DNA of 53,302 nt from Candidatus Berkelbacteria bacterium. Lineage in GTDB: Bacteria > Patescibacteriota > UBA1384 > CAILIB01. Below, piece by piece: positions 39,474-47,761 of this stretch; positions within the stretch are counted from its first letter, which is position 1, and every line of letters starts with the position of its first letter. The notes beneath the pieces were generated by a model. That model was not told where the DNA came from. It ran no database searches and saw nothing but the letters and a program-made list of their open reading frames with translations. The DNA is taken from assembly GCA_043751595.1 (NCBI GenBank), contig JAYUZR010000021.1, forward strand, positions 1 through 53,302, given 5' to 3'. Position numbers and translations under genes: made by a program.

Positions 39474-39869
39474 TTACGAGCTTTTCGCTCGTCTCAGATA
39501 GGCACTGAGCCGCCCGCCAGCTTCCTGGCAAAACTCTGGAGCATTCTTGGTGAGGAACTCACCTAAGATAACTGCCACCAGATCCTCCCCTTCCCTCCAT
39601 CCAAAAACGGTGAGAAAGAACTGCTTGGGACTGGGCTTGACCAGGCCCTTTGTCACTTGCTCCGTTTGATCAAAGGAGATCAAGCCAACGCCTGGAAACA
39701 CGGAATCGCTTGCATCTCGCCGTCGAATACAGACAACCTTAAGGGAACCGTTCATCCCGCTCGGCGCCTCAACTGCCTGCAAAATTATCTGCACTCGCAG
39801 TACCAGCGCGTCGGCGCCCGGGGGCGCCGGGACATCGAACCTAACCGGATAGACTAACATTCTGATCAC
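39474..39869 (-). CDS. hypothetical protein (orphan)
   Basis: 131-aa ORF bounded by hairpins on both sides. No family recognised. Confidence 0.35.
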   Translation of the reverse strand: MIRMLVYPVRFDVPAPPGADALVLRVQIILQAVEAPSGMNGSLKVVCIRRRDASDSVFPGVGLISFDQTEQVTKGLVKPSPKQFFLTVFGWREGEDLVAVILGEFLTKNAPEFCQEAGGRLSAYLRRAKSS

Positions 39870-39940
39870 CGTTCCTTTTGTATTTGCCAGTCCTTATGGC
39901 CTGACAGCATCGATGTATCACAGGTAATGAGACTAATCAA

Positions 39941-39973
39941 TAAAAAGCAGAAAGGCCGAGCAAGCTCGGCCTT
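39941..39973 (-). terminator. intrinsic terminator after 39978..40283
   Basis: AAGGCCGAG-cttg-CTCGGCCTT followed by TCTGCTTTTT on the minus strand. Confidence 0.7.
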
Positions 39974-39977
39974 ATCG

Positions 39978-40283
39978 TTACTGTCTTTTGCGACCACCTC
40001 CCCGCTTACTTGCCTTGGGGACAACTCCAGGACTAGGTATGCCGTCTGATGACAGGCAGTACAAAAGCCTAACCGCTGCATGATCAGGATTGCCGCTCCC
40101 CGATGTGCACTGAGAAAGAATAAAGTCCTCAACTACCCTTTCCGTGCATAGAAGTCGGAGTCCTTCTAAAACCACTTCAGCTGAAGTACCTCCTTGGGTT
40201 GCCGCAACCTTCTCAGCGACAAGCTGCAATCCTTCCCCCCTAACCCAAGTTTCGAGCTCCCCGTCTGACATTTCGCCAAACAT
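39978..40283 (-). CDS. hypothetical protein (orphan, basic C-terminal tail)
   Basis: 101-aa ORF with its own terminator. No family recognised. Confidence 0.35.
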   Translation of the reverse strand: MFGEMSDGELETWVRGEGLQLVAEKVAATQGGTSAEVVLEGLRLLCTERVVEDFILSQCTSGSGNPDHAAVRLLYCLSSDGIPSPGVVPKASKRGGGRKRQ

Positions 40284-40387
40284 CTTTTACAACTCCTGCA
40301 GGTTATTTTCCGATGAACCATAGTTGAATGACTCAGTATAATCAAGCACCTCTGCACAATCGCAAAAACTAGGACTACACTTACCCC

Positions 40388-41125
40388 ATGAACCCACTCT
40401 ATCGCTCAAATAGCCAGCTGCAGGAAACAGAAACCGTCATTCAGTCGGTACGTCTTACTGACGATGGTCGTACCGCCCTCGTTTTGCGCGATCTCATCTT
40501 TTTCCCAAATGGCGGAGGGCAACCAAATGATCACGGCACTGTAATGTTGCGCGGTGAATCCTTTACCGTTACCGCGCTAGAGAAAGTTCCCGGAGATGTA
40601 CTAGTTGTGCTGGATAGAAAAGCCGACTTTCATGATGAACTAGCAAAGAAAGAACCAGTACTGTGCGCGCTTGATTGGGACCGCCGACTCAAGATTATGC
40701 GCATGCACACTGCCCAGCATGCACTAGCCGCCGTACTGCGCCGCCAGCTTACCGGCTTTGTGACGCACGGGATGGATATTCCAGAATCGGCGGAAACCTG
40801 CGTAATGCAGTTTTCGGCAGATCAACCGCCGGATAGTGTAGCGGCCACCCTAGCACACCAGGCAGAGGTAGCTCGCAATCCAGCGGTGCTTGTACAGTCG
40901 TTCCCCTCGCTTGATGATGCCAAGGCCGCTGCAGGAAGCCTCTTCCGGATGAATCCCGGTATCGAGCTAAAGGGGACGATTCGCCTTATTACCATTGAGG
41001 GACTCGACGCCAACCCTTGCGGCGGAACCCATGTGCTTTCCCTGGGTGAAATAGGAAAGCTAAGTCCCTTTATCTTTAAAGAGCTTGGCGAGGGGCGATA
41101 CTCGTGTACGTTTTTCGCGCTATGA
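40388..41125 (+). CDS. alaX: AlaX-type free-standing alanyl-tRNA editing domain protein
   Basis: Editing-domain metal motifs HTAQHAL and CGGTHV; about 245 aa. Confidence 0.8.
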   Translation: MNPLYRSNSQLQETETVIQSVRLTDDGRTALVLRDLIFFPNGGGQPNDHGTVMLRGESFTVTALEKVPGDVLVVLDRKADFHDELAKKEPVLCALDWDRRLKIMRMHTAQHALAAVLRRQLTGFVTHGMDIPESAETCVMQFSADQPPDSVAATLAHQAEVARNPAVLVQSFPSLDDAKAAAGSLFRMNPGIELKGTIRLITIEGLDANPCGGTHVLSLGEIGKLSPFIFKELGEGRYSCTFFAL

Positions 41126-41577
41126 AACCAGCTAACCGAAATCTGCGCGTTGGAATTGGATTACTTGGAATGTTAGCTTTGGCCGTGCCTGCTGGCTACC
41201 TCATCAGACAATCAGCTCCCTTGATTGTGGTAAGCAAGCCAACTATTGAGATCAGTATGTTTTCTGGAATGCCCGATCCAGTCTGCCCGCTTACCAACGA
41301 AGAGGGTGCTCAAATCTTAAGTGCAATTGGTCGCTTACCTACTTCCTACCTAGTGACGAGACTCGATAATCTGGGATACCGCGGGATCACCTTCTACCCC
41401 AACGAGAACCGCACGGTTAGCAACTTTTTTATCTCAAACGGAGGTGTCTTTAATGAAATAACTGGTACATCCTACGCAGATGTTGGCGGAAGTATTGAGA
41501 AACAATTAAAGCAGATCGCTAAGAAGTGCCTCGAGCCCGGTGCGTACGAGTTTATGACGTATAACGAGAGAAAATAG
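41122..41577 (+). CDS. hypothetical exported protein
   Basis: ATGA start/stop overlap with alaX and an N-terminal signal/TM (VGIGLLGMLALAVPAG). The ORF is open from 41104. Confidence 0.5.
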   Translation: MKPANRNLRVGIGLLGMLALAVPAGYLIRQSAPLIVVSKPTIEISMFSGMPDPVCPLTNEEGAQILSAIGRLPTSYLVTRLDNLGYRGITFYPNENRTVSNFFISNGGVFNEITGTSYADVGGSIEKQLKQIAKKCLEPGAYEFMTYNERK

Positions 41578-41666
41578 CTAAGACCTGACCAGCCGAAAAG
41601 CTAAGAGGTTTTCAGTCCCTCTTCCCCAGTTCGCCAAGCCTTAAGAAATACTTCCTGCGAGAGGGA

Positions 41667-42323
41667 TCATTTCTTCCCAAAAACAGCGTCAGTCATCATT
41701 CTTGCCGTAACTGCCTTATCTAACAAAGACTGACCCTCGCCATAAAAGGATACTGCAAGAGCATGGAGAGAAGGATTGAGTTCTTCTAGTCGCCCGAGTA
41801 ACTGTTTCGGTGCCGGCTTCCACTGCTGACTCAAGGCAAAGTAATCAGTCAATAGCCGAGGAATACGCTCTCCCAACAATAGGCAAGCCGTAGCTGGATC
41901 AGATTCACTAAGACCCTCAATAGCACGCAATTGATCATATGAATCAAACTCGAGAAGAGCGTATTCTTGACCGGAAACAGGAGGGCGCCCCTTGGAGAGC
42001 TCGGCCTCGACGATTCTTTTCACTCCGGCTATCTGATCATCCTTTTCGTACAGCACTTGAGCAACCTTCCAAAAGTCTGCGGCTGCATCCATGTGACCTA
42101 GCCAATACTGTTGCGCAGCTAAGGGTGTTGTATTGAGCATCTCTACTGTTACTCCATCAAATGTGAGCAACTCTTTAGTAAAGCCCGCCTCACGAAACAC
42201 CATAAGATCGATATCACTATCGTATCGATTAGTACCTCGTGCCCACGATCCAAAAAGGATCACACCTAGACAATCTGGTTGACCTGAAAGCGATGTAGTA
42301 AGTTGAGCGATAGTTGGATGCAT
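41667..42323 (-). CDS. nucleotidyltransferase-domain protein (KNTase-like: NT domain + helical C-domain)
   Basis: Pol-beta-type motif VILFGSWARGTNRYDSDIDLMVF. Confidence 0.7.
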   Translation of the reverse strand: MHPTIAQLTTSLSGQPDCLGVILFGSWARGTNRYDSDIDLMVFREAGFTKELLTFDGVTVEMLNTTPLAAQQYWLGHMDAAADFWKVAQVLYEKDDQIAGVKRIVEAELSKGRPPVSGQEYALLEFDSYDQLRAIEGLSESDPATACLLLGERIPRLLTDYFALSQQWKPAPKQLLGRLEELNPSLHALAVSFYGEGQSLLDKAVTARMMTDAVFGKK

Positions 42324-42332
42324 GTTTTAAGA

Positions 42333-44228
42333 TTAGGCCCTTCTTCGGTACGCCTCAATAAACGCCAGCGCCTCGGCCCGCTCCTTGCGGGTACGCTCCA
42401 CCGCACTAGCCAGATGCGCTCGCTGCTTAGCCCAGAGCGGCTGAGCAAATACCGTAATCTCGGAAGCGGCACGCTCCGCCTTCGCCAGGTACTCCTCAAT
42501 GGTTGCGAGCAAATCTTCGGATACATGATACCAAAAGATATCCTGCAGCTGAGTTCGCCTTGCCTCTGGAGAATCTTCAAGTGTAATCTCATGTTTTCGC
42601 ATATGCGCAATAATCAGTACACAGGCGGCACTTATCCGTCCTTGATTCAAATCTTCCCACCAGTCGTGGGCGTCATCCAGTAGTTGCCTGGCCGCCAAAT
42701 AGTTACTAGCGACCGCCAAAACATGTTGCCCGGATCCGCCCATACGCAGCGCAATTGCGATAGGGACCAGCGCATGCCCAATTGAGCGATCGGCCAAGTG
42801 CTCAACATCTTCATAGCTTGGCAATGGTGTGGTACTGATCATGTTTTTCCAAACCTCAGAAACGGGCCACTGTGCATTTGCCACTTCCCAGGTATTGGCC
42901 GCATCAATTCGATTGAGCACAGATTCAATCTGGCTAGCGAACAACTTATCGCCTTCGGCGGCAGCCAAAAAGGCTCGGTGCATTCCCCGCAGCACAAGCG
43001 GAACGGTTGCCAGCATTACGGGCGAACCCGTGCCATCGATGCATTCATCAAGCAGCGTGTAGCCAATCCAGCCAAGTACGCTCCCCGCCCCTAATTGGAC
43101 TAACGCTTCTTCTGGGATGGACGATGAAAGTGCCCACGGCGCCAGCCAAATCTCATGCAGATATGCTGGTGCGCGCAGACCCTGGATAACTCGGTGAGCC
43201 AGTATCTCACTAAATGCCTCAGTTCCGACTAGCTTTTTGCAGGCCTCTTCAACCAAGTGCAAGCGCCTGGCATCTTCTTCGCTAAGAGTTGGTAGCTTTT
43301 CTTCGGGTAGGCTGAGGGTGGCGAGCAAGCAAAGGACCTGGGTAAAACAGGGACTTTCGCCAAAATACTGCACACTACCAGTGGAGCGATCGAGGTACCA
43401 AGGACTAGCCGGCCAGCTACCATCTGCACGCTGAAGCGACCACAAGCGTTGCTCGGCAAGTACCAGTACCTCACTGGTTATACGTTGATTTTTAGCAGCA
43501 AGCAGTAAGGCTGCAAGCTGGGTTGCATCTTCGTTTTTTTTGATTTCTTTGAGAATATACTGCTCGAGTAGGTGCTTTTTCTCACCCGCGTACCACCAAC
43601 TCATACCTAGTAAGGCTGCCGAAGGAAAGGGGTAATACGGCGTAGTGAGTATATCTGAATCAAGCGCCTCTTCTACTTGCTGTAAAATACCTGGGAGAGT
43701 AACTCCATATTCTTGCATGAGCAACCCAATATGCGTATTTACAACAAGATCGACATCGCTTAGCCAAGGCTCGGAGGCTGTTTCTGGTACAAGCCAAGTA
43801 TAGTACGGCCCACCAGGTTGCACTTCTCGCTTAGTGAGCAGCCTTACCAACTGCGCCGCATGGTCAGGTGATGCAGCTGCCGACCCGCCGACCACAAGAG
43901 CCGCAGTAACGAGGGCGGTATCATCTAAATCGTCGGGGTATGGCCGATCTTTGGCAAAGGAACTGCCCCGCGGCCAATAATTAGCCGAATGCTTTTCGTG
44001 TATTTGATACGACAAAAATCCTAATAACTCTTCGTAACCGATGTCTAGTGCTGGCAAAAAGTCGGGGCGAAGCACAAGAAGCTTACCCAGTAAGTAGCCG
44101 GTGTAGGCGGCAAGAAAGGTGGTTTTTACTTCGCTTGATTCGCCTGTATCAGAAGTAAAAGTAGTTAGACCCGACCCGTACTTTTCTAACGTTTTTTGGA
44201 GAGAAGAAAGTGCCTTTGGGATGCTCAT
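42333..44228 (-). CDS. two-domain terpene-synthase-like protein (prenyltransferase/SHC-repeat N-domain + class I-like helical C-domain)
   Basis: N-half carries PDDLDDTALV (DxDDTA-like) and QRADGSW. C-half carries LLDECIDG and LLDDAHDWWEDL (DDxxD / DDxxDxxxD-like), about 125 aa apart. Assignment is by motif only. Confidence 0.45.
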   Translation of the reverse strand: MSIPKALSSLQKTLEKYGSGLTTFTSDTGESSEVKTTFLAAYTGYLLGKLLVLRPDFLPALDIGYEELLGFLSYQIHEKHSANYWPRGSSFAKDRPYPDDLDDTALVTAALVVGGSAAASPDHAAQLVRLLTKREVQPGGPYYTWLVPETASEPWLSDVDLVVNTHIGLLMQEYGVTLPGILQQVEEALDSDILTTPYYPFPSAALLGMSWWYAGEKKHLLEQYILKEIKKNEDATQLAALLLAAKNQRITSEVLVLAEQRLWSLQRADGSWPASPWYLDRSTGSVQYFGESPCFTQVLCLLATLSLPEEKLPTLSEEDARRLHLVEEACKKLVGTEAFSEILAHRVIQGLRAPAYLHEIWLAPWALSSSIPEEALVQLGAGSVLGWIGYTLLDECIDGTGSPVMLATVPLVLRGMHRAFLAAAEGDKLFASQIESVLNRIDAANTWEVANAQWPVSEVWKNMISTTPLPSYEDVEHLADRSIGHALVPIAIALRMGGSGQHVLAVASNYLAARQLLDDAHDWWEDLNQGRISAACVLIIAHMRKHEITLEDSPEARRTQLQDIFWYHVSEDLLATIEEYLAKAERAASEITVFAQPLWAKQRAHLASAVERTRKERAEALAFIEAYRRRA

Positions 44229-44269
44229 AGCTGGATGGTACCCGGCGGCAGGTGGGTTGGCAATTGGAA

Positions 44270-44340
44270 TTGACAGAGCGGAAGTGAGGTAGTACTATCT
44301 TATCACTTCCCCGCCGGACTCCGGCGGGGCCTTTTATTTT
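44270..44340 (+). repeat. promoter-like + GC hairpin/T-tract module, copy 1
   Basis: TTGACA (44270-75), N17, TACTAT (44293-98); then CCCCGCCGG-act-CCGGCGGGG (44309-29) followed by CCTTTTATTTT. It abuts the NYN stop codon. Confidence 0.5.
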
Positions 44341-44933
44341 ACTTTCTTTATTTCCAGAGTATCTAAGAGTTCACGAATCCTCAGTCCCTGCCTTTTCCCG
44401 CGATACTCTGGGAGGATATTGTTTAGAAAAAAGCCTCTAATATCATAAATAAACCTCCGCTCAACCAGAACAGCGGTTCCAAATGGAAAGCGTGACGCCA
44501 GAGCGGCGAGGTATACTTTCTTTCTAAAGTCGACCGCTTTCTCTACACAGTACTGAAGATCAGCATCTCCAGACATAATAATAGCCTCATCGTATTCATT
44601 TATCGCAGCGCCAACGGCCATATCGACAGCCAGACGGACATCTACCCCCTTCTCTTTACCTGCTCCCGAAAAGTGCCCCTGGTAAAAAGTAACTTTTGGG
44701 TGATTCTTGGCAGAGTTGAAAAATGCTTTTTGTGCTAGTACCCGTAAACGGTAGGTATTAGGCTTTGAAGAATCGATCTTCATAAAAGTTCCATAGAACA
44801 TTACTCCAGTTACAAACAAGTCTTCCTCCAGAATCTCTAAAAGTTCTGCGAAATCAAAGTATTCTCCTGGTTTTAGGAGATCGGTAAGCCCGCCATACAA
44901 GTTTGAACCATCGATGAAGAGGGTGCGGCGCAC
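44334..44933 (-). CDS. NYN/LabA-like (PIN-related) domain protein
   Basis: FIDGSNLY, KGVDVRLAVDM and SGDADL motifs; GTG start. Confidence 0.75.
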   Translation of the reverse strand: MRRTLFIDGSNLYGGLTDLLKPGEYFDFAELLEILEEDLFVTGVMFYGTFMKIDSSKPNTYRLRVLAQKAFFNSAKNHPKVTFYQGHFSGAGKEKGVDVRLAVDMAVGAAINEYDEAIIMSGDADLQYCVEKAVDFRKKVYLAALASRFPFGTAVLVERRFIYDIRGFFLNNILPEYRGKRQGLRIRELLDTLEIKKVK

Positions 44934-45005
44934 GGAAGACAGTTAACTAGTAACTATCGCAGGGTAGTAAGTATCCGGTGACATGTCTATGTGCGTTGCG
45001 GAAGA

Positions 45006-45077
45006 TTGACAGCCTAGCCTACATTGCACTAATCTTCAGCCACTCCCCCCACCGGACTCCGGCGGGGCCTTTTTTTC
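45006..45077 (+). repeat. promoter-like + GC hairpin/T-tract module, copy 2
   Basis: TTGACA (45006-11), N18, TAATCT (45030-35); then CCCCACCGG-act-CCGGCGGGG (45047-67) followed by CCTTTTTTT. 22 nt (CCGGACTCCGGCGGGGCCTTTT) are identical to copy 1. Confidence 0.5.
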
Positions 45078-45086
45078 GCTTATCTG

Positions 45087-45102
45087 GGTGGACCCTACAG
45101 GA
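45087..45102 (-). repeat. orphan copy of the last 16 nt of tRNA-Ala (T-stem 3' strand + acceptor 3' strand + ACC)
   Basis: GGTGGACCCTACAGGA is identical to 45231-45246, 144 bp away in direct orientation, with a sharp loss of identity beyond it. Confidence 0.8.
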
Positions 45103-45194
45103 CGGCAGTCGCTTCGCTCCTTTAACTTCTTCTCCATTAGAAGTAATAAGGATGAAGAAGTCGAACCTTGGGTTTCGATTCCGCAGGAGCAAAC
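45103..45194. other. tRNA-sized structured module of unknown function (strand undetermined)
   Basis: GCTCC...GGAGC closes 75 nt. Inside are the 8-bp stem ACTTCTTC/GAAGAAGT (45125-32 / 45154-61) and the hairpin TCGAACC-ttg-GG(T)TTCGA (45161-78). GGTTTCGATTCC resembles a degenerate T-arm. Confidence 0.3.
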
Positions 45195-45229
45195 AAAAGA
45201 AGGAGAGATCAGCCGATCTCTCCTTCTTT
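45195..45229. terminator. bidirectional terminator immediately 3' of tRNA-Ala
   Basis: AAGGAGAGATC-agcc-GATCTCTCCTT with an A-run upstream and T-run downstream. Confidence 0.75.
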
Positions 45230-45305
45230 TGGTGGACCCTACAGGAATCGAACCTGCCACCTCCTCGGTGCAAACGAGGCGCTCTACCAAATGAGCTAAG
45301 GGCCC
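45230..45305 (-). tRNA. tRNA-Ala (anticodon UGC), CCA encoded
   Basis: A 76-nt cloverleaf: GGGCCCT-TA-GCTC-ATTTGGTA-GAGC-G-CCTCG-TTTGCAC-CGAGG-AGGTG-GCAGG-TTCGATT-CCTGT-AGGGTCC-ACCA. The G3:U70 identity pair is present. Confidence 0.92.
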
Positions 45306-45497
45306 GAGTGAGGGAGTTACTGCAGAAAGGTTTCTTTCTGCATAACGACCGAGCGAGGGTTCCGGGATTTACGAAGTAAATCCTGGGCCCGAGTCAGTTG
45401 TAAGGCGACGGAGCCAGGAACACTGGGCCCGCATCAGGCGTAACGAGAAATACACTACCAGATTTGGCAGAGTTCGCAACTAGGTAGCCAAAGCCGC

Positions 45498-45701
45498 CTA
45501 CACCGGAATAACGCCAGCAAAGATTGCCATCCCAAGTAGTATGCAAGCCAAGGCGGCAAAACGCCAAACCGTGTACGTACCAGTGGCGCCAAAGCGTTTT
45601 TCAGCCCAATCCATTCGACCAAAGGTATTTACGATAGGAACCGTAAACTTGAGAATAAGCGAACCTAAAACGATGCCGCCAAGAAGATAAAGGATTTTCA
45701 T
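45498..45701 (-). CDS. hypothetical small 2-TM membrane protein
   Basis: Start placed at MKILYLLGG (45701); the ORF is open to 45782. Two hydrophobic helices. Confidence 0.4.
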   Translation of the reverse strand: MKILYLLGGIVLGSLILKFTVPIVNTFGRMDWAEKRFGATGTYTVWRFAALACILLGMAIFAGVIPV

Positions 45702-45749
45702 GCACCTAGTGTACCACCTGACGCGAACCTCGTGTAGCGCGTATACTAC

Positions 45750-46484
45750 ATGTATATGGAGGTGCTCTTTTCTCACCCGCACGCACTCGCCCTCCTCGCA
45801 GAGTGCTTTATTACCGGCCTTATCTTGGCCGCGCTTCGGCGTGGCCAGCGGGGTAAGCCCGAGCCCTGGCGCTATCTCCTAGGTGTACTCTGCGGTGGAG
45901 CCTTGGCGGCCATCGTCGTAGCCGTGGTACAACTTCGGTATCTTCTTACGCCCCACCCAGCGCTTAATCCAGATCTTGCCCTCTGGCAGAGCTTATTACA
46001 GGTTATTGCCGAAGAGCTGGCCAAGTACTTAGTTGCATTAATCGCCATCACCAACTCGCGGCACCTGTACCGGTTAAGTAGCGCTATCGTTTACCTTATA
46101 TTGGTAGGACTTGGCTTTGCCCTGATGGAAGATACTCTTTACCTTCTGCTACCTGCCGTCTCGCCCCTCCCTCGCCTCCTCAGCTTCTTGGTACATGCCG
46201 GTACTGGAGCGGTAATCGGCTACGCCCTTGGGCGCTATCGTTTTGGGTTAGCTGGATATCGCTATCTTCTTGGCGCTTTCACCCTGGCCGTTATCCTCCA
46301 CTGGTCATTCAACCTTGGCACCACCTTATTAGATAGAAACGCCGCCGCCCTTATTACGGTGGCAATCAACCTCTTTGTAAGTTCACGCGTGTATAGCCTC
46401 TATAAGCGGACGCAGCTAGAAGAATACAAACTTGAGCGCGAACTTATGGGTGAGCCCGAGCCAACCAAACTCCTTAATAGTTAG
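45750..46484 (+). CDS. PrsW-family intramembrane protease-like protein
   Basis: Polytopic, with EELAKY, MEDTLY, HAGTGAVIG and HWSFN motif order. Confidence 0.65.
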   Translation: MYMEVLFSHPHALALLAECFITGLILAALRRGQRGKPEPWRYLLGVLCGGALAAIVVAVVQLRYLLTPHPALNPDLALWQSLLQVIAEELAKYLVALIAITNSRHLYRLSSAIVYLILVGLGFALMEDTLYLLLPAVSPLPRLLSFLVHAGTGAVIGYALGRYRFGLAGYRYLLGAFTLAVILHWSFNLGTTLLDRNAAALITVAINLFVSSRVYSLYKRTQLEEYKLERELMGEPEPTKLLNS

Positions 46485-46486
46485 CT

Positions 46487-47761
46487 GTGCGTCTTTCTCT
46501 TTCTTTCTTACATACACCGCCCAAAATCAGCTTTGCTGAATTAATTCTCATTGGCCTTACCGTACTAGCCGTAAGCATTGGCTGGTACGCGCGGCTAAGT
46601 AATCTGGATTTTCCTCAGCACTTTGTCTTTGACGAAAGCATCTACATACCAGTAGCACGCGATTTCGTTGCGGTAAAACACCATCTACACGACCATCCCG
46701 CCCTTTCTAGCATGCTCTTTGCCCTGGGGTTAGCCGAGTTTGATGGCACCCCGCTTGGCTGGAGGCTAATGCCGGCCCTCATGGGGCTTATTGCCCAGAT
46801 TAGTATTCCGTGGGCAGCATACAAACTCTTTAAACTTCGCAGCGCCGCCCTCATTGCCGCAATCTGGGTAGCGATCGATCCGATGTTTGCCGCCTACAGC
46901 CGGCTTGTTCTTCCTGATCTATTAATCGTGGTCTTACAAGCTCTAGCCCTAGGTTATGCCTGGAATAAAAAACCAAGTCCACTGGTGCTCGGACTGATTC
47001 TTGGCTTAGCGGCAGCAGTCAAAATGAACGGTGCCTTTATTATCGCCCCCATCCTCATCTTACTGATGTATCGCCGGCAGTTTGTCCTTGCCCTGGCCAC
47101 GCTCTGCTGTGGGGCGCTCAGCTACGCAAGCGTCGCACTTTTGGCCGAGCTAGCCATGGCCTCACCTCAGCCCCTGCAAGATGCGCTCGAGTGGCAGAAG
47201 TTTAGCTGGCATTTTCATTCCACCCTTATTCAAGAACATCCTTGGGGCTCGCGCTGGTATACTTGGCCACTCCTCCTGGTGCCGGTGCGCATCTATCAAT
47301 ATATTGATGGCCTGCAAACCTATTACAGTATTATCAGCCTCCCCAATCCCCCACTCCTTTGGCTGAGCACGGTAAGCCTTCTCAGTGCCCCGTTTGTTTT
47401 TGCACGTACCTTTTGGCAAAAGCATCGTCCCAGCTGGACGCTCCCCTTCTCCTTTTTGGCACTTGCCGCGCTCATTAACTGGCTAGCCTGGAGCCAAATT
47501 GAGCGCCTTAGCTTCTGGTACCACTACTTCCCAAGCTATACCTTTTTGTTGATTGGAATGGCTGGATTGCTAGCCCATTCCTGGAATAAAGCTTCAGCTC
47601 GTCTGCAACTTCTTATCCTTATCTTCCTTGGGCTTTCAGTTGTAAGCGGCATCTACTTCCTACCTCTTGGAACGGCCAGCCCACTTAACCAGGGCCAATA
47701 CCAAAACCGCCAGCTCTTGGAGAGCTGGCAGTATCCCGGCAAGTTTTTGTATAAGCCCTAG
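46487..47761 (+). CDS. GT-C fold glycosyltransferase (PMT/ArnT-like)
   Basis: GTG start, more than 10 TM segments, first-loop acidic motif FDESIY. Confidence 0.65.
   Translation: MRLSLSFLHTPPKISFAELILIGLTVLAVSIGWYARLSNLDFPQHFVFDESIYIPVARDFVAVKHHLHDHPALSSMLFALGLAEFDGTPLGWRLMPALMGLIAQISIPWAAYKLFKLRSAALIAAIWVAIDPMFAAYSRLVLPDLLIVVLQALALGYAWNKKPSPLVLGLILGLAAAVKMNGAFIIAPILILLMYRRQFVLALATLCCGALSYASVALLAELAMASPQPLQDALEWQKFSWHFHSTLIQEHPWGSRWYTWPLLLVPVRIYQYIDGLQTYYSIISLPNPPLLWLSTVSLLSAPFVFARTFWQKHRPSWTLPFSFLALAALINWLAWSQIERLSFWYHYFPSYTFLLIGMAGLLAHSWNKASARLQLLILIFLGLSVVSGIYFLPLGTASPLNQGQYQNRQLLESWQYPGKFLYKP

Noticed and set aside
45117-45191. A 75-nt segment closed by GCTCC/GGAGC, considered as a genuine + strand tRNA gene.
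   Set aside because: It has a 6-bp acceptor-like stem and a T-arm-like sequence, but the T-loop would be 8 nt with a T in place of C56. No canonical D or anticodon arm can be drawn. It is kept only as a structured module of unknown function.
45019-45294. 84-aa, 84-aa and 68-aa ORFs, plus the 133-aa ORF at 44978..45379, across the tRNA-Ala region.
   Set aside because: They run through the tRNA gene, terminator hairpins and repeat modules, and nothing supports coding.
40388-45305. A possible functional link between the free-standing AlaX editing protein and the nearby tRNA-Ala gene.
   Set aside because: They are 4 kb apart, on opposite strands and separated by unrelated genes, so proximity is most simply coincidence.
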